From the NCBI GenBank assembly GCA_051294375.1, contig CM119266.1, forward strand, positions 20,373,752 through 20,437,751: a DNA stretch of 64,000 nucleotides. Direction: 5' to 3'. This document shows positions 60,893 to 64,000 of the stretch, one piece after another (the stretch's first letter is position 1; every line of letters starts with the position of its first letter). Source of the stretch: Paraspadella gotoi. Lineage: Eukaryota > Animalia > Chaetognatha. Position numbers and translations under genes: made by a program. Under the pieces are notes generated by a model that worked only from the letters and a program-made list of their open reading frames with translations, did not search any database and was not told where the DNA came from.

Positions 60893-63600
60893 TCCAAACT
60901 AACCCCCCGAAAAAACTGCCTCGATATTATGTTTACAAAACTAAAACTAAAAATTCGAATTGATCTTTCAATTTATAGCAATTTATTAACACGAGGAGCT
61001 TGCTGAACGATTCAATTAAACCAAGAAAACTCTCAGAACTAAACTAAAAAACCAATATCAAAATGAAACACCTTAAATACCTTAATTATTTTTATATTTA
61101 TTCTTCACCTTTTTTTAAATCCTAATCAAGCTCTCACCAGACGGTCCATTCTCCTTCCCCCCCGCTTTTTCGAACCCCCTGGCGGAATTCCCCGGAGGGA
61201 AATCGACAACTGAAGAAACAAATGCCGTCGTCGCTAAAAGGCATATATCGATAAAATGCCTGCTAATAAAACAAACTGAAACCTTGTGAGCGTAAAGGGG
61301 ATATATTGATGGAAAAGGATGAACTTGTTTTCCTTCCATTCGGGTTTCGTAGAATGAACTCAGCCAGATCTNNNNNNNNNNNNNNNNNNNNNNNNNNNNN
61401 NNNNNNNNNNNNNNNNNNNNNNNNNNNNNNNNNNNNNNNNNNNNNNNNNNNNNNNNNNNNNNNNNNNNNNNNNNNNNNNNNNNNNNNNNNNNNNNNNNNN
61501 NNNNNNNNNNNNNNNNNNNNNNNNNNNNNNNNNNNNNNNNNNNNNNNNNNNNNNNNNNNNNNNNNNNNNNNNNNNNNNNNNNNNNNNNNNNNNNNNNNNN
61601 NNNNNNNNNNNNNNNNNNNNNNNNNNNNNNNNNNNNNNNNNNNNNNNNNNNNNNNNNNNNNNNNNNNNNNNNNNNNNNNNNNNNNNNNNNNNNNNNNNNN
61701 NNNNGACGGGTTCTGGCAAGTATTTCTTCAATACGCTCTTCTTTTCCTTTTTGTATCTCCGTCCCCCAACTCCCCACGAAAATTTTCCATACGAAAACCT
61801 TGAACGGTCTTTAACAGTAATAACAGAGAAAATTATTTTCGCCCCTGTTTTTCAATTAAGGGGCGCATCCTTGGACCGTTTTGGGTCTTCGTAATAAACT
61901 TATAATAAAACTTGTAATAAACCTATAATGAACTCTCTTTGGAGAGTAGTCAGTAGTGATGTAGTACTAATGTAATAGTCACTAGTCAAGCAGCATTGGG
62001 TCAATCCAAAAGCGGTGTTTGACAGCATCAGTGAGTTGAGTTTTTCTTTTTTCCAATTTTAAGGGTTTTTAGAGTTCAGTCAGTTTTTCAATTTTCATTT
62101 TTTTTAGAGTTTTTCAGAGTTGAACGAGTTTTTCGGTTTTTTCTTTTTGCAGTCAATATTGGTTTGGTACTTATGGTTTATGTTATAAATGCCAATTAAA
62201 TAAACTGACTGATTGATACGTAACTATAGTTTCTCAGTTATAAAGCATTATTTATATCTTCGAAAGTTTCTTTTCCATTTCACTTTCCCTTTTCCCGTCG
62301 CGATATTTCATATTTTCTTTCCGGTGAAATTCTTCGGGTCCTCCTTTTTGACCTTCCGTTCCCAATAACTGTCTCTCTATTCCGCAGCAGACCGCATTAA
62401 ATTCTAATCTCTCCTCAGCGCCGCTCGCCCCCGCCTGGTTGCGGCGGCNNNNNNNNNNNNNNNNNNNNNNNNNNNNNNNNNNNNNNNNNNNNNNNNNNNN
62501 NNNNNNNNNNNNNNNNNNNNNNNNNNNNNNNNNNNNNNNNNNNNNNNNNNNNNNNNNNNNNNNNNNNNNNNNNNNNNNNNNNNNNNNNNNNNNNNNNNNN
62601 NNNNNNNNNNNNNNNNNNNNNNNNNNNNNNNNNNNNNNNNNNNNNNNNNNNNNNNNNNNNNNNNNNNNNNNNNNNNNNNNNNNNNNNNNNNNNNNNNNNN
62701 NNNNNNNNNNNNNNNNNNNNNNNNNNNNNNNNNNNNNNNNNNNNNNNNNNNNNNNNNNNNNNNNNNNNNNNNNNNNNNNNNNNNNNNNNNNNNNNNNNNN
62801 NNNNNNNNNNNNNNNNNNNNNNNNNNNNNNNNNNNNNNNNNNNNNNNNNNNNNNNNNNNNNNNNNNNNNNNNNNNNNNNNNNNNNNNNNNNNNNNNNNNN
62901 NNNNNNNNNNNNNNNNNNNNNNNNNNNNNNNNNNNNNNNNNNNNNNNNNNNNNNNNNNNNNNNNNNNNNNNNNNNNNNNNNNNNNNNNNNNNNNNNNNNN
63001 NNNNNNNNNNNNNNNNNNNNNNNNNNNNNNNNNNNNNNNNNNNNNNNNNNNNNNNNNNNNNNNNNNNNNNNNNNNNNNNNNNNNNNNNNNNNNNNNNNNN
63101 NNNNNNNNNNNNNNNNNNNNNNNNNNNNNNNNNNNNNNNNNNNNNNNNNNNNNNNNNNNNNNNNNNNNNNNNNNNNNNNNNNNNNNNNNNNNNNNNNNNN
63201 NNNNNNNNNNNNNNNNNNNNNNNNNNNNNNNNNNNNNNNNNNNNNNNNNNNNNNNNNNNNNNNNNNNNNNNNNNNNNNNNNNNNNNNNNNNNNNNNNNNN
63301 NNNNNNNNNNNNNNNNNNNNNNNNNNNNNNNNNNNNNNNNNNNNNNNNNNNNNNNNNNNNNNNNNNNNNNNNNNNCCGCCATATATATCATACGGCCACA
63401 AATCATTAATTTTTGCATATTAATAAATCGTTAATAAAAACTATATATAAGTATGTAATAAGGCCGGCGTCAACGCGGCAAAGCATTTTCCCCCTCCCCT
63501 TCATCCCGGCAGCAACAATAATAACAAGGGACCTGTTTATCCTGGTTAACGTAAGGAAGGAAACCGGAGTAATGGATACTCGCCGTCGGGGGTTCTGAGG

Positions 63601-63915
63601 AAACAAGATCGGTTCATCCAATGTGTTGCACCGCAGTGATATTTCCCTGTGATCACGTCGACAATAACTTTCTTAGCCTGTGTGTATTTATGACACACAC
63701 TGCATTGAAATCTTTTATTCTTTATCGTTTTAGGATTTCCTGAAGGATTTTTCCCTTCTTAACAAAATGAGCCAGCCAATTATAGTCGATTTATGAGCAT
63801 TTTTAACGTAAGTGGGACAGACCGATCGACAGACATACCGACCGACCGACAGACCGAACGACCTAAAAGTGACTTATAGAGTTTGCTCCGCGAATACTCG
63901 CGGCGCAACAAAAAA
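63601..63915 (+). mobile_element. Non-autonomous Helentron/DINE-1-like element (family 1, second copy)
   Basis: Begins AAACAAGATCGG; shares GTGTATTTA(T/C)GACA..CACTGCAT and TTTTAGGATTTCC.GAAG with 32950-33304; (GACC)n; ends GACTTATAGAGTTTGCTCCGCGAATACTCGCGGCGCAACAAAAAA. Confidence 0.7.
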
Positions 63916-64000
63916 TGGGGGAGAGCGGACAGAAGAGTGAGAGGAGGAATTCCGCTCGGGGGTCAGATCGACATCGAGAACCAACGGAATATATTGTTCC

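Larger units (their letters stand above)
53176..63375. other. Region broken by ten N gaps (assembly gaps or masking)
   Basis: N runs start at 53176, 53511, 54438, 54987, 55659, 55949, 58599, 59861, 61372 and 62449; many abut simple repeats. Gene content here cannot be resolved. Confidence 0.95.

Noticed and set aside
53167-63434. Long ORFs in the track (up to 388 aa)
   Set aside because: They are artefacts of translating N runs.

Overview
AT-rich, intron-dense animal genomic DNA with many (AG)n/(GTC)n microsatellites and, after ~53 kb, many N gaps. The style suggests an early-branching invertebrate, possibly a sponge, but that is a guess. Three spliced genes can be assembled by hand from GT-AG sites and exon phases. 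(1) A + strand EGF/reelin-subrepeat protein (~4.0-13.2 kb) with apparent 1-nt frameshifts and two tRNA-Cys(GCA) genes in one intron. (2) A compact 4-exon + strand gene (18079-19044, 159 aa) resembling an aegerolysin-family protein with an N-terminal MGNSNC acylation-type motif. (3) A - strand classical cadherin (~45.7 to 21.6 kb, ~856 aa) with only four recognisable EC repeats, no EGF/LamG region, and p120- and beta-catenin-binding motifs. The cadherin carries the two most striking signals: a pair of homologous, same-phase exons encoding alternative EC4-stalk-TM halves (mutually exclusive splicing candidate), and a 203-codon in-frame ORF directly behind its TAG that ends in a PDZ-type T-N-I motif (readthrough or stop-as-acceptor candidate). 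Several MITE/foldback and Helentron-like non-autonomous elements are present. All gene models are manual and have no transcript support.
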